A stretch of DNA of 64,000 bases from an uncultured Candidatus Saccharibacteria bacterium. GTDB lineage: Bacteria; Patescibacteriota; Minisyncoccia; Phycocordibacterales; UBA1006. Shown in pieces: positions 46,293 through 55,320 of this stretch. Position 1 is the stretch's first letter. Every line of letters begins with the position of its first letter. The stretch lies in the NCBI GenBank assembly GCA_964415895.1, contig CAYQCC010000005.1:875-64874 (forward strand). The letters are read 5' to 3'. The translations under genes were made by a program, and so were the position numbers. The notes below the pieces were generated by a model that saw only the letters and a program-made list of their open reading frames with translations, was not told the origin of the DNA and did not search any database.

Positions 46293-47327
46293 ATGAAACC
46301 TGACTTTTTAAGCCGTATATACATGGTAAGCATCATTTCGGTAATTACCATTGCAGCATTGATTTTAGCTAAACAATTACTTATTCCGCTGACTCTTGGG
46401 CTCTTTCTATCGCTTGGACTATCGCCTCTTGTACAGCGATTAAAAAAATGGGGTGTTCATCGGGTGTTATCAATTTTTATAACATTCATTGTTGGAATTG
46501 CAGTATTGGCTGGAATTATATACACGATTGGATTTGCGATTAACAACTTTGCAAGTAATGTACCGACCTATGCAACAGCAGTAAACGAAAATGTTTCGGC
46601 TACAAAATCTTTATTGATGAACAAGCTGTCACTTACCGAAATCGAGCTGACCGCAAAGATTCAACAATATACAAACTTGTCAGGCTGGGGCTTTACCATC
46701 GCAGGAACCGTCGTAAAAGCAACGGGAAATATATTAGCAACACTTGGACTATCTCTTGTTATCACATTCTTCCTCTTGTTATATCGAGAACGTATTAAAA
46801 AGTTCTTTGAATTGGTTGCAGATAAAAACAGGCAAGAAGAAATTCTTACTATCGTGCGAAAATCATTCAGAATCTTACCTCGTTATATTTTAGGTCTGAT
46901 ATTAGTTATCGCCATCATGACTGTATTAAATACATTAGGATTCTGGTTAATCGGCGTTAAAAGTCCATTGTTCTGGGGAATTATTGTTTCGTTACTAAAC
47001 GTGATACCCTATGTTGGTACAATAATTGGGTTTGGCGCAGTAACTATCTTTGCACTGATTGTATCAGGACCACTGACAGCATTGTTTGCAATTATTATGT
47101 TCCTTATTATCCAATTCGTTGATAACAATTTCCTAACACCACGAATCACAGGCGGACAAATTGCCATTAATTCTCTCGCTGCAATTATCTTTATTATCAT
47201 TTGGGGAATGATTTGGGGCGTTATCGGCATGGTATTGGCTCTTCCTATCTTAGGATTAATCAAAATCATTTGCGATACATTTGTACCATTGCAACCTATC
47301 GGTTATCTGCTAGGCGACAAGGAATAA
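46293..47327 (+). CDS. AI-2E family transporter (second paralogue)
   Basis: Start placed at MKPDFLSRIY, preceded by TATAAT and AAGG. Polytopic protein with a C-terminal ...ALPILGLIKIICD. Confidence 0.8.
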   Translation: MKPDFLSRIYMVSIISVITIAALILAKQLLIPLTLGLFLSLGLSPLVQRLKKWGVHRVLSIFITFIVGIAVLAGIIYTIGFAINNFASNVPTYATAVNENVSATKSLLMNKLSLTEIELTAKIQQYTNLSGWGFTIAGTVVKATGNILATLGLSLVITFFLLLYRERIKKFFELVADKNRQEEILTIVRKSFRILPRYILGLILVIAIMTVLNTLGFWLIGVKSPLFWGIIVSLLNVIPYVGTIIGFGAVTIFALIVSGPLTALFAIIMFLIIQFVDNNFLTPRITGGQIAINSLAAIIFIIIWGMIWGVIGMVLALPILGLIKIICDTFVPLQPIGYLLGDKE

Positions 47328-47362
47328 TTATTGAATAACTTATTATCTATTAACTAACCATT

Positions 47363-48094
47363 ATGTCTACAAAACATTTATTTGAAAAATTCGCAACACC
47401 GATTTCTATTATTGTTGCAGGCGCATTAATTGGAGGCGGTATTATATTATCAAAACATGTAAACGGTTCTCCAGTACAAGGCGCATCAACAACAACTGCT
47501 CCTACCAGTGAGGCTGATGTTATTAAAACAATTAGTTCACTTCCTATTTTGAAAAAGATTGGAGTTAAATCAAAAGAACTTGAAACATGTATCGCGGAAG
47601 GAAAAGCTACGGCAGCAGTTGAAGCTGACATAGCACTTGGACAAAAAGCAGGTCTTCGAGGGACTCCTCATATGATTGTTATGATGAAAAAAGATGGAAA
47701 AGATATTCAATTCCCATTGTACGGAGCATTGGATAAAGCATCTATTGAAAAAGCACTAGCCGCGGGCGCAACTCCTGATGAGCAAAAATCATATGTTGAA
47801 AAGTTTGAACTTCAAACGTTAACTCCTAATGATCATATCCAAGGAGATGTTGCGACAGCTCCTGCAACTATTATTGAGTATTCTGATATTGATTGTCCTT
47901 ACTGCAAAAAGCTTCATCCTACACTACAGGAATTGCTTAACGAAGGTAAAATCGCATGGGTATATCGTCACTCACCAATCCCACAATTACACCCTTATGC
48001 ACAGGTAAAAGCTGTTGCAACACAATGTGTATATGAAATTGCAGGACAAAAAGCGTTCTGGCAGTACCTAGACGTGTTAGTAGCACAACAATAA
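47363..48094 (+). CDS. DsbA-like thiol:disulfide oxidoreductase, membrane-anchored
   Basis: TM anchor and a thioredoxin fold with a CPYC active site. Confidence 0.75.
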   Translation: MSTKHLFEKFATPISIIVAGALIGGGIILSKHVNGSPVQGASTTTAPTSEADVIKTISSLPILKKIGVKSKELETCIAEGKATAAVEADIALGQKAGLRGTPHMIVMMKKDGKDIQFPLYGALDKASIEKALAAGATPDEQKSYVEKFELQTLTPNDHIQGDVATAPATIIEYSDIDCPYCKKLHPTLQELLNEGKIAWVYRHSPIPQLHPYAQVKAVATQCVYEIAGQKAFWQYLDVLVAQQ

Positions 48095-48157
48095 CACTGA
48101 TTAAAAATCCTCTTTACAAGAGGATTTTTAATTTAATTTCTGGTATACTTTCACTAT

Positions 48158-48544
48158 ATGTCAAAAGAAACAAAAGTATTTTTGGGTATTATCGTTGGTC
48201 TAGTCGTTATTATTGGAGGCTCTTTAATTATTAACACTAAAACTCCTGGTAAATATGATGATTTTGCCCAGTGTCTCAAAGATTCTGGAACAAAATTCTA
48301 TGGAGCCTACTGGTGTCCTCACTGTGCAGCACAAAAGGCATTATTTGGAAAATCTGCAAAGAAATTGCCATATATTGAATGTGCTCTTTCTCAGGATAAG
48401 CAAACTCAGATTTGTATTGATAACAAAATTGAAAGTTATCCAACATGGGAACTTAAAGATGGTACACGTCTTCAAGTTGAAAATTCAAGCGGAGTATCAC
48501 TTGAAACCCTTGCCGCTAAAACATCTTGTGCATTACCTAACTAA
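48158..48544 (+). CDS. Thioredoxin-fold protein (WCPHC active site), membrane-anchored
   Basis: 128 aa with a TM helix and a CxxC motif. Confidence 0.7.
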   Translation: MSKETKVFLGIIVGLVVIIGGSLIINTKTPGKYDDFAQCLKDSGTKFYGAYWCPHCAAQKALFGKSAKKLPYIECALSQDKQTQICIDNKIESYPTWELKDGTRLQVENSSGVSLETLAAKTSCALPN

Positions 48545-48549
48545 TAATT

Positions 48550-49101
48550 ATGTCACTTCAAACATTTAACATATTAATTGGAATTGGAGTTATTGCAATT
48601 TCACTTATCACAGTAACTCTTGTCATCTTTAGAGCTGTTATGGGAAAAGATAGTTCGATCATGCAATCAGTGCACAACTATGCATTACCAATTGGTTTTA
48701 TATTGGGACTTGCTGCGATTGTTGGCTCACTTACCTATTCAAACATCTATATGCTTCCACCGTGCTTATTCTGCTGGTGGCAACGAATATTCCTGTATCC
48801 GCAATTTGTATTATTTGCAATTGCTTGGTATCGCAACCGTAAAGGAACATTTGATGGCAAGGAAATCTTTTACTTCACAACACCAATGGCGATCATTGGA
48901 TCAGTTATATCGCTATATCACGTATTCCTGCAACAAGGCGTCATTGCAAACACAGGTGCGTGTTTGCAAAACGGAGTATCATGTACGACTATTGATATCA
49001 GTGTCTTTGGATTTCTAACAATCCCTATTATGGCTCTTGTCTTAGGTATTGCACTCGCACTTCTTGGAGTATTTGTTATCCGAACAAAGAAAAATCAATA
49101 A
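48550..49101 (+). CDS. Disulfide bond formation protein B (DsbB/BdbC family)
   Basis: 4-TM protein with CLFCWWQR and a second periplasmic Cys pair. Confidence 0.75.
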   Translation: MSLQTFNILIGIGVIAISLITVTLVIFRAVMGKDSSIMQSVHNYALPIGFILGLAAIVGSLTYSNIYMLPPCLFCWWQRIFLYPQFVLFAIAWYRNRKGTFDGKEIFYFTTPMAIIGSVISLYHVFLQQGVIANTGACLQNGVSCTTIDISVFGFLTIPIMALVLGIALALLGVFVIRTKKNQ

Positions 49102-49141
49102 TGTCAAAAAACTACCTTATATAAGGTAGTTTTTTGACATT
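49100..49141 (+). terminator. Rho-independent terminator within a 42-nt palindrome (TGTCAAAAAACTACCTTATATAAGGTAGTTTTTTGACA)
   Basis: Seen directly after the DsbB stop. Confidence 0.75.
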
Positions 49142-49244
49142 ATTTTAAATAAAAGGCGTTTTAAAACTTACTATACACAACTATTACGCTAGGGTATAAT
49201 TAAAGTACAGAGATTTTCTCTACTTATTAGTAATAATTATTCAT

Positions 49245-49742
49245 ATGCATAACAAAAAGTTTTTAATTGGTGCGCTCGCTGCGATTGCAATTGCAATTAC
49301 TGGAATAGTATATTCTGGAGTAGGAACTAGCCAACCAGCTTCAATTGGTAATTTACTTGCACTGACTACTGCTCCTAAGGTAGTAAAACCAGTTTACGAT
49401 AATGGCGTGTATGTTGGCGCAGATAAAGTAGCAAATCCTCAGACATCTGGAAATACTACTGCTAAAGTGGACTCACAACCAAAAGTAAAATACCCAACAT
49501 CGGGAGAACCTAAAACAGGACTTGTGGAAGACCGAACACTTGAAGTTCCTACTAGCACGTATCCAGGCTTAGAAAAGGAAACAAAGGCTTTTCAGGATAG
49601 CATAACAGCTCTTGAAAAGAAGATTCAAGGAACTGTATCTCCAACGGATGGAAAACGAAAATTGATTATCCTTGGTAATGGCTGGTGTGCTAATACTGGA
49701 CCTTTTGGAGGAACTGCACATATATTCTATTGCGGACTTTAA
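49245..49742 (+). CDS. Membrane-anchored hypothetical protein
   Basis: 165 aa with one N-terminal TM helix. Confidence 0.45.
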   Translation: MHNKKFLIGALAAIAIAITGIVYSGVGTSQPASIGNLLALTTAPKVVKPVYDNGVYVGADKVANPQTSGNTTAKVDSQPKVKYPTSGEPKTGLVEDRTLEVPTSTYPGLEKETKAFQDSITALEKKIQGTVSPTDGKRKLIILGNGWCANTGPFGGTAHIFYCGL

Positions 49743-49791
49743 TACTTGGTAACAAAAAAACGTCTAGACGTTTTTTTTGTTACCAAGTATT
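49741..49791. terminator. 51-nt perfect palindrome / bidirectional terminator (AATACTTGGTAACAAAAAAACGTCTAGACGTTTTTTTTGTTACCAAGTATT)
   Basis: Seen directly. The last eight codons of tsaE are encoded inside one arm. Confidence 0.75.
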
Positions 49792-50225
49792 ATCATTCGT
49801 CCACCATTATCATGCTCAATCTTTATATGGATTGCAGAATGTGGAATAATGGATTCTATCATTTCTGGCCATTCAATAATCATGAGCGCTTTCTGGGTCG
49901 CAAAATCTTCACTCAATCGTAATACTTCTAAATTTTCTTCACCTTCCAATCGATATGCATCCATATGAATAAGTTTCTTGAACACACCTGACTGTGTATC
50001 ATATATCTTTTTTATAACAAAGGTTGGACTTTGCAAGCTGTCTGACACACCAAGTTGCTTTGCAATCATTTGTGTCATCGTCGTTTTCCCTGCACCCAAA
50101 TCACCATGCAAACACAACACACAAGCAGTAGTTGTTTCCTCCTTTATATATTCATCAGAAACAACTGCCAAAATCTCTGTGGTAGCTTTCTTGAAATCTT
50201 CAATTGTTGTAGTATTCCATTGCAT
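49764..50225 (-). CDS. tsaE: tRNA threonylcarbamoyladenosine biosynthesis protein TsaE
   Basis: HGDLGAGKTT P-loop and overall YjeE-like sequence. Confidence 0.85.
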   Translation of the reverse strand: MQWNTTTIEDFKKATTEILAVVSDEYIKEETTTACVLCLHGDLGAGKTTMTQMIAKQLGVSDSLQSPTFVIKKIYDTQSGVFKKLIHMDAYRLEGEENLEVLRLSEDFATQKALMIIEWPEMIESIIPHSAIHIKIEHDNGGRMIILGNKKNV

Positions 50226-50305
50226 AAATATAACCCTTATCTTACCTAAACTTTTGGAAAAAGCAAAAACTACCTTTTCAGGTAGTTTTTGTCATTGTAA
50301 GAGAA

Positions 50306-53300
50306 TTACAATTTAGGAGTTGGGCGATATGGCGTGTATTCAACTTCCGTTGTCTTAGTCACCATAGGCGCAACAGGCGCTGTAGGAACCATTTCTGGTG
50401 CATACGGAGCCATTGGTCCTTTATCTGTTGGATAGTAATGATGATGTTCCTCGCGTCCACGCATAGTGTAACGAATGATCAAAATCACTAGAATCAATAG
50501 TAGGATAATGAACAACCATCCAGCTAATGTTCCTGGTAGGAAATCCAATCCAAAGATTGAAGCTCCAAGAACATTTTGCGTTGATAGATACGTATCAGAA
50601 TCGTATGCGATTGCATTTTCCTGTGCTTTGTTTTCAGGGTTTTCAAATGCGATGATTGCTCGTGCTGTAATTGGATCATTATCTTTGAATGAATTTCCTT
50701 TTACGTGTGCACGAACTGTCATGTCGTCTTTTTCAAGAGCTCGCAATTCACGAATGTTTACGTAAATTGTGTTTGCTTTTCGATCGATCTGACCACGGTC
50801 TGCTCCGATAATCTGCAAGCCTTCTGGGATTGCAATTTCCAAAACCAAATCATCAAGATCTGTCTTTGTAATATTTTCCCATGTAATATCGTAGATTAAT
50901 TCATCTCCACGCACGATTGTGTCTCGTCCGTTATCGATTGTTAATCGGATATATCGTGCACCACCACCAATATTAGTAGCAGTTGTGATATTACGAATAA
51001 TGGTTGTTGTTCCACCATTATTTACAACAGGTGGGTTGTATACAGTTGTATAAGGCAATGTCGTAAATGACAATTGTGATCCATACACTGTATTTCCACA
51101 AGCCTGAGCAACTGCCTGGTAATAATAGGTTGTTCCTGCAGCAAGTCCAGTAATAGACTGAGAGATTGAGCCTGAACCACTTCTATAGATAGATGAAGTT
51201 GTAGATCCATATGCACCGTTTCGTCCATATTGGAAATACGTCTGAGCTGAGGAACAGCTTCCGATATTCAAATATCCATCAAGTGTTGCAGAATCTTGCC
51301 CTCGGTAAAAGATTGGTAATGTCTGAACAGAAGCACTCTGATTATTGTTGTAGTTGTAATTCTGAGTTACAAGGAATGAAAGTTCCTGACCACACTGTGT
51401 GTAACTATTATTAGCTGCACATGCGCGGTAGTAATACGTTCCAGGAATCAGGTTATACAATGAAACATTGAATGATAGAGAACTGTTGCTTGAAGTATCA
51501 CTTGAAATGTTTCGAGCACTTTGTCCACCTAATCGGTATTCAAAATATGTTCGAGTTGATCCATATGTGTTTCCATTGTATCGTCCTCGCAAGATAACAC
51601 TTCCACTATCCTGGTTAATCCAAGAATAGTCTTCTGTGTATACGTTTAGGTTTGATTGCTGAGTGTCGTAAGGTGCTTCAGAGTCATCGTCATAACCACT
51701 ACATCCTTGATCGTTTGGATAGTCGATACGTCCGTCTCCGTCGTTATCACGTCCATCACTACATTCATGTGTTTGGTTAACTGTGTTAACACCAACATAT
51801 TCTGTATCAGTTTGTGGGTTTGAAGGATTTGAACTCTTCCAAGCCTTTATTTCATATGTTCGTCCTGTGTAAAGAGGTCCGAATGGTTTAGAGTCATCTA
51901 CGGCGTAGTTAACGCCATCGATAGTCACAACGTCACATCCTGTTGTATTCCATGACAATGTTGTGTATCCACCAGCGTTTACGTTTGAAGGTGATGCTGT
52001 GAAATTATTAATCACACACTGAGTTACAGTGTTAAATGGTGATTCAGTTGCGCCCGTGTAACTTGTACATGCAGGGTCATTTGGATAGTCTGTAAATCCA
52101 TCACCGTCGTTGTCGATACCGTCGTTACATTGTGGTGCAACTACTTGGTTCACTCCAACATATCGGTTTTGAGTTTGAATATTAGAAGGGTTTGAACTCT
52201 TCCAAGCTTTCAGTTCGTATGTTCGTCCTGTGTAAAGAGGTCCGAAAGTTCGAGTAGCGTTTGCAGGATAGACAACTCCATCAATTGTAAGCTGGTCACA
52301 GTTTGATGTACTCCATGATAAAGATACATATCCACCAGAGTTTACGTTTGTAGGGTTGGCTGTAAAGCTGTTGATCACACACTGTGCAACAGTGTTAAAA
52401 GGAAATTCTGAATTACCATTTGCGTTAGCACATGCAGGGTCATCTGGATAGTCTGTAAATCCATCACCGTCGTTGTCGATACCATCGCTACACTGATGAG
52501 TGATAGGTCGTTCAATACGGAATGTTAATGTACTTCCACATGTTGTTCCATATGAGTTTCGGGCACATGCACGGTATTCATGAGTTCCAGATGAAAGATT
52601 TGAAATATACTTACTGAAAGAAAAGTTCCCTGTTGTTGAAGAATTTCCACAATCTTCAGCAGTGGTTTGGTAACCACTATTGTTGATGTTTCGCCATTCA
52701 AAATAAGTACATGTAGCAGCGCCGTTAGGGCTTACTGATCCATTAAGGGTTGCAAATCCATCTCCTTCTGAAAATGGTAGGTATGAACCTGTAGAAACTG
52801 TAGGTTTTGAACCAGTTTGAACTGGAGTAGTGCTCACTTGGAAACCAAGCACAACAGCACCTTGTGCACATAATGGGTTCGTTGCACATGTGTTCATTCC
52901 TCGAACAAGTCCGATATTCAATCCTCCTGATGTGAAGATATCTTCTTCGTTTGCCATACGAACAGGGTTGTTTCCTCGATCATAACTTACACTAAGAGAT
53001 CCAGGAATAAATGTGAGGGTTTGAGAAGAAGAAAGTGAGATAGAGGTTGAGCTTGTGTTTGAAGCACCACCACCTGAAACAGAACCATTCAATGTGAATG
53101 ATTGAGAGGCAGATGTTCCTGGTCGATTAAGCTTGATGATAGTGTTCGTTGAGTCTGCAGTTCCATTGTTATGGAAATACACAACCACAGCTACCTTGTC
53201 ACCTGCAGATGCAGAAGATGACGGTGTATATGACGGAGCGCCATACACTTTACTTGCGACCATAGAGTTGCCTGTAAGTCCGTTGATAGGACCATATGAC

Positions 53301-53410
53301 GTGTTTGGGTTTGCCCAAGAAACACTTCCAGCAGAAGCGGTAGAAACAGTAGCAAGTGCAACAATTGCAACGATTACTGTAGAAAATACTTTTTTAATAA
53401 TTGATTTCAT
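50306..53410 (-). CDS. Very large (1034 aa) surface protein: signal peptide, multiple beta domains, three ~115-aa internal repeats with (Q/E)C(N/S)DG(I/R)DNDGDG(F/R)(T/I)DYP(D/N)D Ca-binding-like motifs, C-terminal TM anchor and Pro-rich tail
   Basis: Repeats and motifs seen directly in the translation. Confidence 0.65.
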   Translation of the reverse strand: MKSIIKKVFSTVIVAIVALATVSTASAGSVSWANPNTSYGPINGLTGNSMVASKVYGAPSYTPSSSASAGDKVAVVVYFHNNGTADSTNTIIKLNRPGTSASQSFTLNGSVSGGGASNTSSTSISLSSSQTLTFIPGSLSVSYDRGNNPVRMANEEDIFTSGGLNIGLVRGMNTCATNPLCAQGAVVLGFQVSTTPVQTGSKPTVSTGSYLPFSEGDGFATLNGSVSPNGAATCTYFEWRNINNSGYQTTAEDCGNSSTTGNFSFSKYISNLSSGTHEYRACARNSYGTTCGSTLTFRIERPITHQCSDGIDNDGDGFTDYPDDPACANANGNSEFPFNTVAQCVINSFTANPTNVNSGGYVSLSWSTSNCDQLTIDGVVYPANATRTFGPLYTGRTYELKAWKSSNPSNIQTQNRYVGVNQVVAPQCNDGIDNDGDGFTDYPNDPACTSYTGATESPFNTVTQCVINNFTASPSNVNAGGYTTLSWNTTGCDVVTIDGVNYAVDDSKPFGPLYTGRTYEIKAWKSSNPSNPQTDTEYVGVNTVNQTHECSDGRDNDGDGRIDYPNDQGCSGYDDDSEAPYDTQQSNLNVYTEDYSWINQDSGSVILRGRYNGNTYGSTRTYFEYRLGGQSARNISSDTSSNSSLSFNVSLYNLIPGTYYYRACAANNSYTQCGQELSFLVTQNYNYNNNQSASVQTLPIFYRGQDSATLDGYLNIGSCSSAQTYFQYGRNGAYGSTTSSIYRSGSGSISQSITGLAAGTTYYYQAVAQACGNTVYGSQLSFTTLPYTTVYNPPVVNNGGTTTIIRNITTATNIGGGARYIRLTIDNGRDTIVRGDELIYDITWENITKTDLDDLVLEIAIPEGLQIIGADRGQIDRKANTIYVNIRELRALEKDDMTVRAHVKGNSFKDNDPITARAIIAFENPENKAQENAIAYDSDTYLSTQNVLGASIFGLDFLPGTLAGWLFIILLLILVILIIRYTMRGREEHHHYYPTDKGPMAPYAPEMVPTAPVAPMVTKTTEVEYTPYRPTPKL

Positions 53411-53605
53411 AATATTGTTATAATAATTTAAGATAATATGTATTTTTCGACGAATACGTATCTATTCCATTAACTTTCTCTTCTTAAAAACCTCATATAT
53501 CTGTATACATAATATACCTATATAAGATTTTTAGAAAGAGGGTAACGCAGCTATTTTACAATAGGCGTTACCTTCTTTTTTTGTTTTTAAAAGGTTAAAA
53601 TTTTT

Positions 53606-54799
53606 TTACTGCTGCATGGACAAATTTATTTGACCAAGCTTTTTTAATGGATTCTGCACACCACCATCTCCACTGGTTGGGTCGGTAGTTGGAATAATGA
53701 TAGGGCTATGAACGCCGCCATTTCCAGTACCAATAGTGGTTGTGAATGGTCCTACTTGAACCCCACCACCCAGTTTTTTCATGCAACGTTGCGTTGCAGG
53801 TTCGAAATACTCATCTACCGCACAAACTTGAGTATTCTGTCTAATAATGGGCGGAGTCTGGGTAGTTGTGGTTGCTGCACCAGTAAAGATGTTAATAGGA
53901 TTTGAATTAATGTTGTTATCACTATTAATCTTACTTTTGTTGACATTAACGTTAATCTGATCAGGCAATATCGCATCAATAATAGCTGCCGCAACCAAAC
54001 CCTTCGGATATGGTTGCTGGTAAGCGACACCTTGCTGATATCCACCTTGCATGATTGTACCTTGCGGAATGTATCCTGTTTGTACAGTCATCATGCGTGG
54101 ATCTCCTAGTGGAGTGAACCCTGTTGACAACCCGCCTGGTGTTGAAGCACCATTTGTAGCAGTTGCCGTGGCCGTTCCACCTGCACCACCTGCAGCATAA
54201 TTATTAACAGTAAAGTTAATAGTAGCTCCTGCTGGTGCTTGAATTGTTGTAGTACTGGTGTTTGCTGGTTTTTCAAAATTAGAAGCTGTTGATACTTTTG
54301 AAAGAGGATTCAAACAGCATTGCGAAATTTCTACCGTTGCAAAAGGTCCAACGATGGTAATCTTGCGTTCACCTGGATATGGATCACGCGTAATCGCATC
54401 ATCTGTTCCAAATAGATCGCCGGATGTTTCACCAATTTTGATACCTTTCGCATTCACCTTACCAACTATCAGAGTTGAAGGAGCAGCTAAAATTAACTGA
54501 ACAATTTCGCTATCTGATACTGATCTTCCAAAAGCTTTTTCAATAGCTTCATGAACATCTTTTTTGAAAAATGCCATGTGTTTTGCTTTTTGGGTAGCTT
54601 TTTGATACAGAGAATAATCAGAATACTCTACAATATTGATAGGTATACCTAAGTAGTAACCTGCCATTTCTTGTTGAGTACGGTTAATCTTATTCTCTTG
54701 TGGCAAGTATGCCACCAGATTATATCCTTCCGCTTTTAGTGTTCTGGTTGCCAACATCGCTACGATGCTTAAGGCAAAATAAGTAAGTAATTTTTTCAT
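53606..54799 (-). CDS. Secreted hypothetical protein (Gly/Thr/Gln-rich C-terminal half)
   Basis: 397 aa with an N-terminal signal peptide. Confidence 0.5.
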   Translation of the reverse strand: MKKLLTYFALSIVAMLATRTLKAEGYNLVAYLPQENKINRTQQEMAGYYLGIPINIVEYSDYSLYQKATQKAKHMAFFKKDVHEAIEKAFGRSVSDSEIVQLILAAPSTLIVGKVNAKGIKIGETSGDLFGTDDAITRDPYPGERKITIVGPFATVEISQCCLNPLSKVSTASNFEKPANTSTTTIQAPAGATINFTVNNYAAGGAGGTATATATNGASTPGGLSTGFTPLGDPRMMTVQTGYIPQGTIMQGGYQQGVAYQQPYPKGLVAAAIIDAILPDQINVNVNKSKINSDNNINSNPINIFTGAATTTTQTPPIIRQNTQVCAVDEYFEPATQRCMKKLGGGVQVGPFTTTIGTGNGGVHSPIIIPTTDPTSGDGGVQNPLKKLGQINLSMQQ

Positions 54800-55138
54800 A
54801 TAACTGATTTTTTATTTTTTAAAATATTTGAAATGAATGATTATCAAAACTTCGAGAAAGTCCTGCAAAACCTTGATAATCACTCATTTCTTCAATCAAT
54901 TATATGAATTTAACCTTTACAAAGATCATATGCCTAAAATAGTTATATTTCAGGGCATTTGTTGGCAGTATAGCATATTAGCATATATTTGTCAACCTCT
55001 GCATTATGTGGCATTTTGGGTGAATCGGGGTGCATTTTCCCCTCCCTTATGTAGGAGAGGGCTAGGATTAGGTAGTTCTTTTTAAATACCTCCTCCGGAT
55101 TTCAGCCACCTTATGCTACGTAGGAGAAGGAAAATACA

Positions 55139-55168
55139 TGGATACCAGATCAAGTCCGGTATGACAAC
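55139..55168. repeat. Solo copy of the GIY-YIG-element terminal hairpin repeat (GGATACCAGATCAAGTCCGGTATGACAACC)
   Basis: 26 of 28 match to the 4513-4543 repeat after reverse complement. No GIY-YIG ORF nearby. Confidence 0.5.
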
Positions 55169-55186
55169 CACAAAAAAAGCCGCTGC

Positions 55187-55243
55187 AGTGCAAAATTATA
55201 TTTTCAACAAAATGTTAAACGCATAATTTTGCACTACCGGCTT
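55187..55243 (-). terminator. Terminator for pilB: 13-bp stem (AGTGCAAAATTAT...ATAATTTTGCACT) followed on the minus strand by GCAGCGGCTTTTTTT
   Basis: Seen directly. Confidence 0.55.
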
Positions 55244-55320
55244 ACCTTCCACAGAGACTGTCGATACAGGATCGAAAGAACCTCGCGGTCTCAACTACAA
55301 TATCACATGCGAAATTAATG

